64,000 nucleotides of DNA from an uncultured Candidatus Saccharibacteria bacterium (GTDB lineage: Bacteria > Patescibacteriota > Minisyncoccia > Phycocordibacterales > UBA12088): the NCBI GenBank assembly GCA_964531785.1, contig CAZHFF010000003.1, forward strand, positions 26,764 through 90,763. Reading direction: 5' to 3'. The stretch's first letter is position 1. Each line of letters opens with the position of its first letter. The translations under genes and the position numbers were made by a program. Below are positions 27,456 to 36,844 of the stretch, piece after piece. Below the pieces are notes generated by a model, which saw nothing but the letters and a program-made list of their open reading frames with translations, was not told the origin of the DNA and did not search any database.

Positions 27456-27481
27456 CCTACAGAGATGCTGTAGGCTTTTTT
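27456..27481 (+). terminator. intrinsic terminator hairpin about 14 nt after the promoter -10
   Basis: 7-bp stem CCTACAG/CTGTAGG, 5-nt loop, then C plus T6. Confidence 0.6.
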
Positions 27482-27487
27482 GTTCCA

Positions 27488-28063
27488 GTGCAACGCCCCG
27501 GAAGGGTTGTGGAACAGGAAGGGTATGACCACGCCTCAGGCTTGAGGCCGGCGGCCGGGTTTATCATTAAGAAGCGGCTTATTTTAGGAACGATCATTGC
27601 GTTGTCGATCGCCCTGGGGACACACTTCGTGACAATACCCATCGTGGCGGTAGAGACAACGTCCGTACGCCAGAGCGCCTTGCCGGTCGCCGAAGCGCAC
27701 GAACCGGAGCGAACGAGCACCTTGGAACAAACGAACAGTATCGCCCGTACCGAGCAAACGGTCCGTGCGTACTGGGCTGACATACCGCTCATGGCAGAGG
27801 TGGCGTGGTGCGAGTCGCGCTTCGTCCACATCGACCCAGCGACCGGTGGGGTCAAACGAGGCCATCTGAACGCGAGCGATTTGGGTGTCATGCAGATCAA
27901 CGAGTACTACCATGGCGCGACCGCGCGTCGCATGGGACTCGACCTGCATGAGCTCAAAGATAACCTTGCCTATGCTCGGTTCCTGTATGATCAGCAGGGC
28001 ACCCGTCCTTGGAATGCTTCCAAGAACTGCTGGGGGCCTCACGCACACCTCGCACTTCGCTAA
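27488..28063 (+). CDS. membrane-anchored lysozyme-like / transglycosylase-like domain protein
   Basis: TM helix, then AEVAWCESRF...DLGVMQINEYYH...ARFLYDQQGTRPWNASKNCW. The start is uncertain. The GTG at 27509 with GGAAGGG upstream is an alternative. Confidence 0.55.
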   Translation: MQRPGRVVEQEGYDHASGLRPAAGFIIKKRLILGTIIALSIALGTHFVTIPIVAVETTSVRQSALPVAEAHEPERTSTLEQTNSIARTEQTVRAYWADIPLMAEVAWCESRFVHIDPATGGVKRGHLNASDLGVMQINEYYHGATARRMGLDLHELKDNLAYARFLYDQQGTRPWNASKNCWGPHAHLALR

Positions 28064-28092
28064 GTGCTAGGGATCCACACAAGCATTCAGAT

Positions 28093-28123
28093 CACAGGGC
28101 GCCACAGAGCGCCCTGTGCGTTT
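28093..28123 (+). terminator. terminator-like hairpin
   Basis: 10-bp stem CACAGGGCGC/GCGCCCTGTG, followed by CGTTTCG. Confidence 0.55.
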
Positions 28124-28157
28124 CGCATGTATCCTTACTCGCGTATACTGGAGGAAC

Positions 28158-29270
28158 ATGCGTGAAAGGTTCGAACAGACGATGCGGAGTATGAACGAGG
28201 TGGCGAAACGCGACCTCGCTGCGCTTCCCGAACAGGACGATGATGCAGGTCCAGACCCTGAGGTACAGCTCCTCGGCGACAGACGACAGGTGATAGAAGA
28301 TGCGGTGCGTGCGTACGGCACGCACAAGACCATCCAGGAGTCCGTGTACGATCTACAGAAGTTCAAGGCGAAGCTCATGGAGCAGCTCCACCGCGACCTC
28401 AAGGTGCTTGATCGGACAGGTGTTGCGGTGGGGTACACCCTGGAATCCGTGCATCCGCGCTCGGTCAAGTGGCACGACGGCGAGCTCCGCCTGTATGGAA
28501 AGAAAGGAGCAAGCGCCGGTGTGCTCACGGCAGGTGATCTGGCGGTCGCTCCGCTCTGGGGTACCGCCTACCGTTTGGACACGAGCGTGCCCTATAGCCT
28601 CAAAAAGCAGTACCTGGTCGATTCCATGCGTCATGTCCTTGCACGCTGGGCAGACAAGCAGATTTTGCTCATACAGGCGTATGGCGAGGAACACGAGCAC
28701 ACAGCCACAGGTGATGCGTATCGCCGCATGGTCGACGAATCCATAGAGGGTACCGACGCGGCTCACGAGTACGCGGGTCTCATCGCAGAACGGTTGGTGA
28801 AGAGCTTCATGACGCGGATCAGTGTCGATCACGACCTTCCGTTTTCGGTCGAGGACGTATCCGTTGATGCGGATGTCGAACAGAAGATCGATTTCATCGT
28901 CCACATAAAGGATCATGCACGTGGGGTGCACACGGAGCTTGCCGACGTGGGTGTGCAGTTCACTATCAAGGGCGACACAGAGCTGCTGCGAACGAAACAA
29001 GACCAGATAGAACGCGCGGTGGCACGAGAGCGGAGAGAAGGTGAAGTGACCATTTCGGACCGTGTGCTCGTGAGTATCCCGCTCGCGAACGTGAAGGGTG
29101 TTGTAGAGGCATGGCAGAAGGACCAGGTGGCGAAGGGCGGTAGTCCCGATGGACTCTGGTCAAAGGAGCTCAAGGAAACGGTATTCAGGCGCGTGCTCTC
29201 ACAACTGCCCCAGCATCTCCATATCGACGTTGACGCGCTCTGGAACCAGGTGTATGCGAAAGGGGTCTAG
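28158..29270 (+). CDS. hypothetical protein
   Basis: TATACT (28144-28149) plus 8 nt plus ATG. The C-terminal part contains D...EQK and VGVQFTIKG, which are weakly reminiscent of the PD-(D/E)xK fold. This is speculative. Confidence 0.5.
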   Translation: MRERFEQTMRSMNEVAKRDLAALPEQDDDAGPDPEVQLLGDRRQVIEDAVRAYGTHKTIQESVYDLQKFKAKLMEQLHRDLKVLDRTGVAVGYTLESVHPRSVKWHDGELRLYGKKGASAGVLTAGDLAVAPLWGTAYRLDTSVPYSLKKQYLVDSMRHVLARWADKQILLIQAYGEEHEHTATGDAYRRMVDESIEGTDAAHEYAGLIAERLVKSFMTRISVDHDLPFSVEDVSVDADVEQKIDFIVHIKDHARGVHTELADVGVQFTIKGDTELLRTKQDQIERAVARERREGEVTISDRVLVSIPLANVKGVVEAWQKDQVAKGGSPDGLWSKELKETVFRRVLSQLPQHLHIDVDALWNQVYAKGV

Positions 29271-29814
29271 CGGCGATCCTCCAGAAGCGTGCACGTACGT
29301 ACTGCGTAAACGTGCCGGGCAAAAGCGGATGACGCTCTCGGTCCATTCGAGCGGACGGGTGACGATGACGATACCGAAGTGGGTGTCGCGTCGTGAGGCG
29401 GACCGCTTTTTCACTGAGCAGCGCGATTGGGTGGCACAAGCGCGTGCGCGTCTCGTCGTGGTCGATGGTCCAGGTAGAGAAGCGGAGCAGGCAGCATACC
29501 TCTCACGTAAAGAGGAGGCGCGTCGTTTCGTGACCATGCGGCTCAGCGTCTTGAACGAGCAGTACGGGTATGCGTACAACCGTATCGCAATACGTCGAAA
29601 CGTGTCACGGTGGGGAAGCTGTTCGGCCCGAGGCAATCTTAATTTCGATTATCGGATACTGTTCCTGCCGCCCTCCCTACAGGATTACCTGCTCGTACAT
29701 GAGCTCTGTCACCTTAAGGAATTGAACCACTCACCTGAGTTTTGGGCGCTCGTGGCGCGCATGGTGCCCGATCATGAGCTGCGCCGAAGTGAGCTCCGGA
29801 GGTACAAACTGTGA
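29254..29814 (+). CDS. DUF45 / YgjP-like (M48-type) zinc metallopeptidase
   Basis: HELCHLKELNHSPEFW (HExxH...H). It overlaps the upstream gene by 17 nt. Confidence 0.7.
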   Translation: MRKGSSGDPPEACTYVLRKRAGQKRMTLSVHSSGRVTMTIPKWVSRREADRFFTEQRDWVAQARARLVVVDGPGREAEQAAYLSRKEEARRFVTMRLSVLNEQYGYAYNRIAIRRNVSRWGSCSARGNLNFDYRILFLPPSLQDYLLVHELCHLKELNHSPEFWALVARMVPDHELRRSELRRYKL

Positions 29815-29915
29815 CACGGGTGATGTTCGCTTAGCTTCCGGGTCCCTAAGTCGAGCAGTGCGCTCGTGTTCCGATGCGTGGTAGTATAGGCTCCATATCC
29901 GTAACGCCACACACC

Positions 29916-30560
29916 ATGAACAAACCTATCATGCTCATCACCGTGCTCGTGCTCGTAGGTGCCGGTGCCGCATTCTTTGTGCTCCGCGCTCCAACCGATC
30001 CCCAGGGCGAGGACAAGAGTGCCGACACGGGAAGAGAAGATGCTCGTGTGAGCGGATCCGGTTCGCTCAAGAGCCTGCTTGCGCTCGGACAGGACCTGAT
30101 CTGCGACGTCGCGTACCAGGACCCTCAGTCCGATAATCGGACCGAGGGTACGACCTACCTCGCTGGCGAACGTGTGCGGGGGGATTTCACCATCGAGCAG
30201 CAGGGTGCGGTGTACCGCATGAGCACGATACATGATGGCAGCTACGTCTATACCTGGGGCCAGGGCCCGTCCGGTGAGATGGCCATGAAATTCGCGATCG
30301 ATGAGCGCTCACAAGCTACCGTCGATGAGTCGAACGATCTCTTCGAGTCCGACGATGCGGTCGAGTACGCCTGCGCTCCATGGGTTGTCGACCCGGGCCG
30401 GTTCGTGCCGCCGAGCGATATCGAGTTCCAGGACATGAGCGATATCCTCGGGCAGATGCGGACCGATGCGGGTGACCTTGAGTCGGTGCAGTGTGCCGCG
30501 TGCGACCAAGCGCCTGCCGAGGCCCGGGCACAGTGCCGTACCGCGCTCCAGTGCGAGTAG
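29916..30560 (+). CDS. hypothetical secreted/membrane-anchored protein
   Basis: N-terminal hydrophobic helix and four Cys in the C-terminal half. Extended -10 TGGTAGTAT lies upstream. Confidence 0.5.
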   Translation: MNKPIMLITVLVLVGAGAAFFVLRAPTDPQGEDKSADTGREDARVSGSGSLKSLLALGQDLICDVAYQDPQSDNRTEGTTYLAGERVRGDFTIEQQGAVYRMSTIHDGSYVYTWGQGPSGEMAMKFAIDERSQATVDESNDLFESDDAVEYACAPWVVDPGRFVPPSDIEFQDMSDILGQMRTDAGDLESVQCAACDQAPAEARAQCRTALQCE

Positions 30561-30582
30561 CGCCGCCTCATCAGCGCACAGC

Positions 30583-30611
30583 AAAAAAGCGACTGGTGCC
30601 TGTCGCTTTTT
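30583..30611. terminator. bidirectional terminator
   Basis: A6, then AGCGAC, a loop, GTCGCT, then T5, between convergent genes. Confidence 0.7.
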
Positions 30612-30638
30612 GCGTTCCAAAGGCTTGGTGCGTTTACG

Positions 30639-31637
30639 TTACAGTTTGGTTGCGCGGTAGTCCTCGGGGGCGTTCCGCAGATGCTCCTCGATCGCGTCGC
30701 GCGAGAGGAGGCCCTTCTGTGCCCCGATGTGCTGGACCACGGACATGCTGTTGATCGGTGCTCGGGCAAGCGCTTCAGGTACCGAAAGTCCCGCCGCAAG
30801 AAAGCCGGTCAGGGTCGAGCTGAACGCATCCCCGGCACCGGTTCGGTCGACCGGAGGGCTAGGGTCCGGGTACATGGGCATGTGCCAGACCTCATCGTTC
30901 GTATCGAGTATGTAGCTACCGCGCGGACCATCGGTGATGACCGGCATGCGGGGGCCGAGCTCGCGGAAACGGCGCAGCAGGATCGGCATATCCTTCTCGT
31001 CCGTAGCAAGGATCGTCTGCGCCTCCTCTTTATTGCAGAAGAACAGCGTGCATGCCTGGTAGACGTCCTTGAGGGTTTCTGAGCCAAGCTGGATCTGGAA
31101 GCTTCCCGGCTGGAACGCGAGCTTGGTCTCGGGGTGCTCATGCACGTACGTCGCGATATCGTGGTGGTACTGGAGCGAGTGCTCGCCGACGCTCGAGAAG
31201 TAGAGCCATTTCGGGTTGCCCATGTCTGGCACGACGTACTCATACGTTTCGTGTTTGATGAGTATCGTTCGCTCAGGTCCATACCGCAGTACGTAGTGAT
31301 GGTTCGTTTCTTTGCCGCTCTGAATGTCAACGAACCGAGTATCGACACCCTCGTTCTTGAGCCAATCGAGTATCTCCGTTCCGCCTTCGTCATCGCCGAT
31401 GTCGCAGACGAGCGCCGTCCTGAGTCCCAGACGTTTTGCTGAAACTGCCGCGTTCGGGCTGTTACCAACAGCAGGCACGTTGACGGCCCCGATGAACTCG
31501 AGCTTGTCGCCAAAGTACATGGAAAGCACCTCACGGCCTGACAGGTCTTTGTTCACCACCGCTCGGTCGGTCCTGAGCTCGATGAACTCGTCGGTCGTTA
31601 TGTCGCCAATGGCTACGAAGTCTAACTCGTCTTGCAT
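30639..31637 (-). CDS. PfkB-family carbohydrate kinase
   Basis: C-terminal DRTGAGDAFSSTLTGFL (PfkB signature 2). Confidence 0.8.
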   Translation of the reverse strand: MQDELDFVAIGDITTDEFIELRTDRAVVNKDLSGREVLSMYFGDKLEFIGAVNVPAVGNSPNAAVSAKRLGLRTALVCDIGDDEGGTEILDWLKNEGVDTRFVDIQSGKETNHHYVLRYGPERTILIKHETYEYVVPDMGNPKWLYFSSVGEHSLQYHHDIATYVHEHPETKLAFQPGSFQIQLGSETLKDVYQACTLFFCNKEEAQTILATDEKDMPILLRRFRELGPRMPVITDGPRGSYILDTNDEVWHMPMYPDPSPPVDRTGAGDAFSSTLTGFLAAGLSVPEALARAPINSMSVVQHIGAQKGLLSRDAIEEHLRNAPEDYRATKL

Positions 31638-31682
31638 AGGGGTACGATTACCTGTCTGACAATAGGGTCATAGTACCAGTAC

Positions 31683-31710
31683 TTGCCATATAAAAAAAAC
31701 ACGGTATACT
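31683..31710 (+). promoter_or_regulatory. rplY promoter (TTGCCA, 16 nt spacer, TATACT)
   Basis: TTGCCA at 31683-31688 and TATACT at 31705-31710. The ATG lies 12 nt downstream. Confidence 0.55.
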
Positions 31711-31722
31711 CGTTACTTACAT

Positions 31723-32355
31723 ATGAGCGTCGAGCTTTTGGCACAGGTACGGACAGAGACAGGCAGCAAAGCGGCACGCAAGCTGCGCGCCCTGAAGCGT
31801 ATCCCCGCTGTGCTCTATGGCGCGGGCGAGGCTCCCACCAACCTCACGATTGACCTCAAAGAGTTCGAAAAGGTGTGGATGGACGCCGGTGAGTCGAGCA
31901 TCGTTTCCCTCCGTGGGCTCTCGAGCGACAAGGATGTCCTCATTCAGGAGGTGAGCGTTGATCCTATCTACGGGGTGCCCACCCACGTTGATCTCTATGC
32001 CGTTCGCAAGGATGTCAAGGTCGAGGTGGATGTCGAGATCATGTGGACCGGTACCGCACCGGCCGAGAAAGAACTTGGCGGTACGCTCATCAAGGTCATG
32101 CACGAGATCACGATCGAAGCGCTTCCGAAGGACCTTCCGCACGAGATCGAGGTCGACATAGCGAACCTCAAGACCTTTGACGACCAGATCCGTATCGCTG
32201 ATATCAAGCTCCCGAGCGGCGTCACTGCGGTTGCTGACCCTGAGGAGGTCGTGGCGCTCGTCCAGGCGGCAAGCGAAGAGGAGGCGGAGACCGGTCCGAC
32301 CGACGTCGCTTCGATCGAGGTGGAAAAGAAGGGTAAGGAAGAAAAGGCCGAGTAG
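31723..32355 (+). CDS. rplY: 50S ribosomal protein L25 / general stress protein Ctc
   Basis: RTETGSKAARKLRALKRIPAVLYG and an acidic C-terminal tail. Confidence 0.85.
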   Translation: MSVELLAQVRTETGSKAARKLRALKRIPAVLYGAGEAPTNLTIDLKEFEKVWMDAGESSIVSLRGLSSDKDVLIQEVSVDPIYGVPTHVDLYAVRKDVKVEVDVEIMWTGTAPAEKELGGTLIKVMHEITIEALPKDLPHEIEVDIANLKTFDDQIRIADIKLPSGVTAVADPEEVVALVQAASEEEAETGPTDVASIEVEKKGKEEKAE

Positions 32356-32499
32356 TCGTTGTGCTCGGGAAACGCAGACACGGAGCGCATCCGCGCTTTT
32401 TGTTGCTCGGTTGTTGGTTCAGGTCCGCATAAACCCAGGGCAGTACTCCACACCAAGCAGGCACTTCACCGTGCCGCCGCTCCGCGGTATACTTGCTGT

Positions 32500-33921
32500 A
32501 TGCGTACTCGATACGGAATCGCGCTCATTCTAGCACTCACGATCGGCGTCCTATCGTTTTCGACGGCGCTCGATATCGGCCATGCCCAAACAGGCGAACA
32601 GTTGGTCGCTAAGCGGCGTGCCGAACTTGAAGCGCAGCTCGCAGAGCTTGAGAAACTGATCCAGCAGCAACAGACCCTGCTGTCGAGCAAACAAGGGGAA
32701 CGCGTGTCGCTCGAGCGCGACCTCGGCATCATCGATACGAAGATAGCAAAAGCGCGGCTCGACATTCGTGCCCGCGAACTGGCGCTGTCGAAGCTCCAGG
32801 ACGAAATATTTGATAAGGAGGTCACCATTATAGAGCTTACCGACCGGCTCGACCGCGAGAAAGAGTCCCTGGCAGAGCTCGTGCGTAGGACCGCGGAAAT
32901 AGACGACATGTCGCTCGTCGAAATCGTCCTCTCTGGCAAGAGCTTCTCAGAGTTCTTCGAGGAGTTCGACGATTTCGAGGCGGTCAAGATCGCGCTGCAG
33001 CACTCGTTCGAGGAGATCGAAACGCTGCGCGACCAGAACCATCAGGTGAAGAGCGCTCTCGAGAACAAACATTCGAGCGAAGTTGACCTGAAGCAGCTCC
33101 AGTTGCTACAGAAACAGAAGCTCGATGAAGAGGAGCAGGAAAAGGCACGCATCCTCAAGGCGACGAAGGGTCAAGAGGTGCAATACCAGCAAATGCTTGC
33201 CACCTCGCAGCGTACCGCAGCACAGATACGGAGCGAGCTTTTCGAATTGCGAGGCTCCGCTGCGATCAACCTCGGGGAGGCTATCGAGTACGCGAACTTC
33301 GCGAGCGCCAAGACGGGCGTTCGCCCGGCCCTGATCCTGGGTATCCTCAAGCAGGAGACCCGACTCGGCGAGTTCCTTGGGAACGGTAACTGGCAGAGCG
33401 ACATGCACCCGACCCGTGACCGGCCGCTCTTCCAGGTCATAGCCGCGACCCTAGGCGTCGATCCCAACCGCATGCCGGTCTCGGCAAAGCCCGGGTATGG
33501 GTGGGGAGGTGCTATGGGTCCCGCACAGTTCATACCTTCGACCTGGGCGTGCTATGGCGGGTATATCAATCAGAAGAGCGGTGATTGTAACAATAGCGCC
33601 CGCAGCTTCGACTGGGACACGTTCTGGGCAGGACCCTGGGCCTACAATCCGAACGCTGACCGGTTACGTGCCGTGCGGGGTAAGCAGAGCCCCTCGAACC
33701 CGTGGGATAATCAGGATGCGTTCATCGCCGCAGGTATCCTCATGAAAGATAACGGCGCCGACCGGGGTGGGTATGAGGCCGAGCGGCTTGCGGCGCTTCG
33801 CTACTTCGCCGGGTGGGGAAATGCCTCGAACCCGAGCTATGCGTTCTATGGCGACGGAGTCATGGAGCACGCCGCGTACTACCAAAAGCAGATCGACGCC
33901 CTAAAACAGCTCGGACAGTAA
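32500..33921 (+). CDS. secreted coiled-coil protein with C-terminal lytic murein transglycosylase (SLT_2/MltB-like) domain
   Basis: Signal/TM segment, a long heptad-rich region, then GILKQETRLG...GAMGPAQFIPSTW. Confidence 0.7.
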   Translation: MRTRYGIALILALTIGVLSFSTALDIGHAQTGEQLVAKRRAELEAQLAELEKLIQQQQTLLSSKQGERVSLERDLGIIDTKIAKARLDIRARELALSKLQDEIFDKEVTIIELTDRLDREKESLAELVRRTAEIDDMSLVEIVLSGKSFSEFFEEFDDFEAVKIALQHSFEEIETLRDQNHQVKSALENKHSSEVDLKQLQLLQKQKLDEEEQEKARILKATKGQEVQYQQMLATSQRTAAQIRSELFELRGSAAINLGEAIEYANFASAKTGVRPALILGILKQETRLGEFLGNGNWQSDMHPTRDRPLFQVIAATLGVDPNRMPVSAKPGYGWGGAMGPAQFIPSTWACYGGYINQKSGDCNNSARSFDWDTFWAGPWAYNPNADRLRAVRGKQSPSNPWDNQDAFIAAGILMKDNGADRGGYEAERLAALRYFAGWGNASNPSYAFYGDGVMEHAAYYQKQIDALKQLGQ

Positions 33922-33979
33922 GGCTTGCAGCGCGTCGTAACTCGTGTACTATCTCGGCCAGGAAATGAGAGAGGATTCG

Positions 33980-34381
33980 GTGAGTACACGAACACAAGCG
34001 GTCACAAGCCCTTTTTGGCGCAACACCCCGTTCATCGGCGAGCGGCCGGTAGTCATCGTGTGCGGTGTCTACTGGGCGGTCCACTTTGACACACTGACCC
34101 AGGACGAGTACCCGGAGTTCTATGCCGCAGACGACGGCAGGAGCTACCACCCGAGCCTGGCGGTCGCGCGTGTGGTCGCAGGCATGGCCGATCTCCTTGA
34201 TCTGCCCCGGGACGTAAAGCAAAGGCTTCTCGCCGACGGATTCCTGTTCCTGGAACAGGGGCCACGTCCACGGTTCTTTTGGATGCCCGTCGGGGCAAAC
34301 CAAGCGCAACCGCTCCAAACGGCCGATGGCCGGGCACGTCGGGGCCAAATCGTGCTTCGGGCGTACCCGGTGGGTATCTGA
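33980..34381 (+). CDS. hypothetical protein (orphan)
   Basis: GTG start with SD GAGAGAGGA, and a terminator downstream. No motif found. The ORF track starts at 33944. Confidence 0.4.
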   Translation: MSTRTQAVTSPFWRNTPFIGERPVVIVCGVYWAVHFDTLTQDEYPEFYAADDGRSYHPSLAVARVVAGMADLLDLPRDVKQRLLADGFLFLEQGPRPRFFWMPVGANQAQPLQTADGRARRGQIVLRAYPVGI

Positions 34382-34419
34382 CAGAACGCAACAGCAAACG
34401 AATACAATATGAGACTGCG

Positions 34420-34443
34420 AGCGGCCCCGTGCCGCTTTTTTTT
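34420..34443 (+). terminator. rho-independent terminator
   Basis: Stem AGCGGC/GCCGCT, 5-nt loop, then a run of eight T. Confidence 0.75.
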
Positions 34444-34502
34444 ACACGAAGAACACGTGCCGCCCCGCGTCGGGGCACCTGGCCTGACCCGGTTCGGCCG
34501 TG

Positions 34503-34531
34503 TTGCACATCGGATAGAGTTCTGGTACAAT
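34503..34531 (+). promoter_or_regulatory. rpmE promoter (TTGCAC, 17 nt spacer, TACAAT)
   Basis: TTGCAC at 34503-34508 and TACAAT at 34526-34531. The ATG lies 9 nt downstream. Confidence 0.55.
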
Positions 34532-34540
34532 TCGCCACGT

Positions 34541-34792
34541 ATGAAAAAGGGCATCCATCCAAAAAACTACCGCAAGGTCATTTTCGAGGACGTCACGAGC
34601 GGCGAGCGATTTCTCCTGGGATCGACGATCGAGACCAAGCTGGTAGGTGAGTGGGAAGGGAAAGAATACCCACTCATCAAGATCGAGATCTCGAGCGCAT
34701 CCCACCCGTTCTATACGGGCAAGGAGACGGTGGTCGACACCGCAGGTCGGGTCGAGAAGTTCAAGAAGCGCGCAGCTGCCGCAGGAAAATAG
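34541..34792 (+). CDS. rpmE: 50S ribosomal protein L31 (Cys-less type B)
   Basis: [10 protein letters not shown]...[10 protein letters not shown] with no CxxC motif. Confidence 0.9.
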   Translation: MKKGIHPKNYRKVIFEDVTSGERFLLGSTIETKLVGEWEGKEYPLIKIEISSASHPFYTGKETVVDTAGRVEKFKKRAAAAGK

Positions 34793-34996
34793 CGACCCTG
34801 TTCGAACGTAAGGCCGCCCCTTGGCGGTTTTGACGTATAATGGTCGAAGCACAAAATAACAAATTACAGAAGACAAATAAGGTACAAACCCAGATACTCA
34901 AAAAGTGCGCAAAGGTGTTGGTGGATGTAATAGTTCAGCCTGGGATCGGTGAATCTTATTTGGAACGTGTAATTTGGTGCTCGTAGCTTACCTTTT

Positions 34997-35953
34997 ATGG
35001 ACATATCAAAATACAAGGACAACCCAAAAACAGCGTACCTCGCAGGCGAGTGTGAGCGGCTCGGGCATAAGGTTGAAGAACTGCAAGCGCTCGCGCGTGC
35101 TGATCCTGCTATGGCCGAGCTTGCGGACGCTGAACGAGTCGAGCTTGTGGCGGCGCAGGAAGCCCTTGCGGCACAGATGGACGATATCCTCAAGCAGGAT
35201 GAAGAGGAGGAACGCTATCCGAACGAGGTCATTCTCGAGATCCGTGCCGGGGCAGGAGGCGACGAAGCGGCGCTTTTTGCGGCCGATCTTGCGAACATGT
35301 ATCGCGGATACGCGGAAACGGTAGGGTGGGGCGTGCGCACCGTCTCGGAATCGATCAGCGACCTGGGTGGTTATAAGGAAGCGACGTTCGAGATTCGCGG
35401 CAAAGACGTCTATCGGATGCTACGCTTTGAGACAGGTGTCCATCGAGTTCAACGCATACCGGAGACCGAAAAGATGGGCCGTATCCACACGTCAACAGCG
35501 TCGGTTGCGGTGCTCCCTATAAGAAAGAAGGTCCAGTTCGAGATCGACCCGGCTGACCTCGACATGGAGTTCTCCCGTTCCGGGGGCGCAGGGGGACAGA
35601 ACGTGAACAAGGTGGAGACCGCGGTGCGGCTCATACACAAGCCGACGGGGATAGATGTTCGGTCGACCTCGGAACGTAGCCAGAACGCGAATCGTGAAAA
35701 AGCACTCATGATCCTCACGGCAAAACTCCTGGAGCTCAAGGAAGAAGAGGAGGCCAAGAAGTACGCCGCAGAACGTAAAGGCCAGATCGGTACCGGAGAC
35801 CGGAGCGAGAAGATACGGACGTACAACGTGCTCCAGGACCGCATCACCGATCATCGGATCAAGGAATCATGGCACAACATCGAGACCATCCTGGCCGGTA
35901 ACCTGGGACCGATCCTGGCGAAACTTGAAGAAAAGGCGGCGCTCCTCATATAG
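34997..35953 (+). CDS. prfA: peptide chain release factor 1 (short N-terminus)
   Basis: PET tripeptide ([14 protein letters not shown]) and GGQ ([18 protein letters not shown]). It is 318 aa. Confidence 0.85.
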   Translation: MDISKYKDNPKTAYLAGECERLGHKVEELQALARADPAMAELADAERVELVAAQEALAAQMDDILKQDEEEERYPNEVILEIRAGAGGDEAALFAADLANMYRGYAETVGWGVRTVSESISDLGGYKEATFEIRGKDVYRMLRFETGVHRVQRIPETEKMGRIHTSTASVAVLPIRKKVQFEIDPADLDMEFSRSGGAGGQNVNKVETAVRLIHKPTGIDVRSTSERSQNANREKALMILTAKLLELKEEEEAKKYAAERKGQIGTGDRSEKIRTYNVLQDRITDHRIKESWHNIETILAGNLGPILAKLEEKAALLI

Positions 35954-36015
35954 CTAGGCGCCGGCCCAGACAGAGCCCGGGCGCGGAGCATGTGCGCGTT
36001 CCCGGGGTCCTGGTC

Positions 36016-36043
36016 TTGCGTATAAATCGTTCTATGGTACACT
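36016..36043 (+). promoter_or_regulatory. rpsB promoter (TTGCGT, 16 nt spacer, TACACT)
   Basis: TTGCGT at 36016-36021 and TACACT at 36038-36043. The ATG lies 10 nt downstream. Confidence 0.5.
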
Positions 36044-36053
36044 CTTCGTCACT

Positions 36054-36791
36054 ATGACCAGTACTGAGAACGCGCAAACGAACCCAGCGCTCGAGGCGCT
36101 CTTCAATGCGGGGGCGCATTTTGGCTACCCGAAGAGCCGCCGACATCCGTCGACCGGCAGGTTCATATTCGGCAGGAAGAGCAATGTCGAGATCTTTGAC
36201 CTTGAGAAGACCGCCGTGATGCTCGAGGAAGCAAAGACCTATGTTCGCGAGCTGGCCCGTGAGCGCAAGCAGCTCCTTTTTGTTGCGGGGAAGCCCGAGG
36301 CATACTCCGCCATTCGTGCTGCAGCCTCAAAGCATGCATTGCCGTTCGTGGCAGGCAGGTGGATCGGGGGAACGCTGACGAATTTCAGCGAGATACGCAA
36401 GCGCATCATGCGACTTGAGGAGCTTTCGAGCGGTAGGGATAAGAACGAGTTCAGTAAGTACACGAAGTTCGAACGGCTGCGTATCGATCGTGAGATCGAG
36501 AAGCTGGATACGGTATATGGAGGGCTCGTTTCGATGAAGGAACGTGTTCCTGATGCGCTGTTCGTCGTGGATCCGAAAAAGGAGCAGAGCGCTGTGAAGG
36601 AGGCCGTAGCGCTCGGTATCCCGGTGATCGCCCTTGCATCCTCAGACTGCGACCTCAACCAGGTGACCTATCCGATACCGGGAAACGACAGTGCACAGAA
36701 GTCTATTGCGTACTTCGTCAATGAAATAGCCGTTGCGTACGGTGAAGGACTCAAAGAGAAGCCTGCCGGTTCGCTCTCCGAAACGGCCTAG
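36054..36791 (+). CDS. rpsB: 30S ribosomal protein S2
   Basis: LFNAGAHFGYPKSRRHP...IFDLEKT. Confidence 0.95.
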   Translation: MTSTENAQTNPALEALFNAGAHFGYPKSRRHPSTGRFIFGRKSNVEIFDLEKTAVMLEEAKTYVRELARERKQLLFVAGKPEAYSAIRAAASKHALPFVAGRWIGGTLTNFSEIRKRIMRLEELSSGRDKNEFSKYTKFERLRIDREIEKLDTVYGGLVSMKERVPDALFVVDPKKEQSAVKEAVALGIPVIALASSDCDLNQVTYPIPGNDSAQKSIAYFVNEIAVAYGEGLKEKPAGSLSETA

Positions 36792-36844
36792 GTACCTCGG
36801 TCCTTACGTTCGTTGTTTATTGGTCATTAGCGCTTGAGCACACT

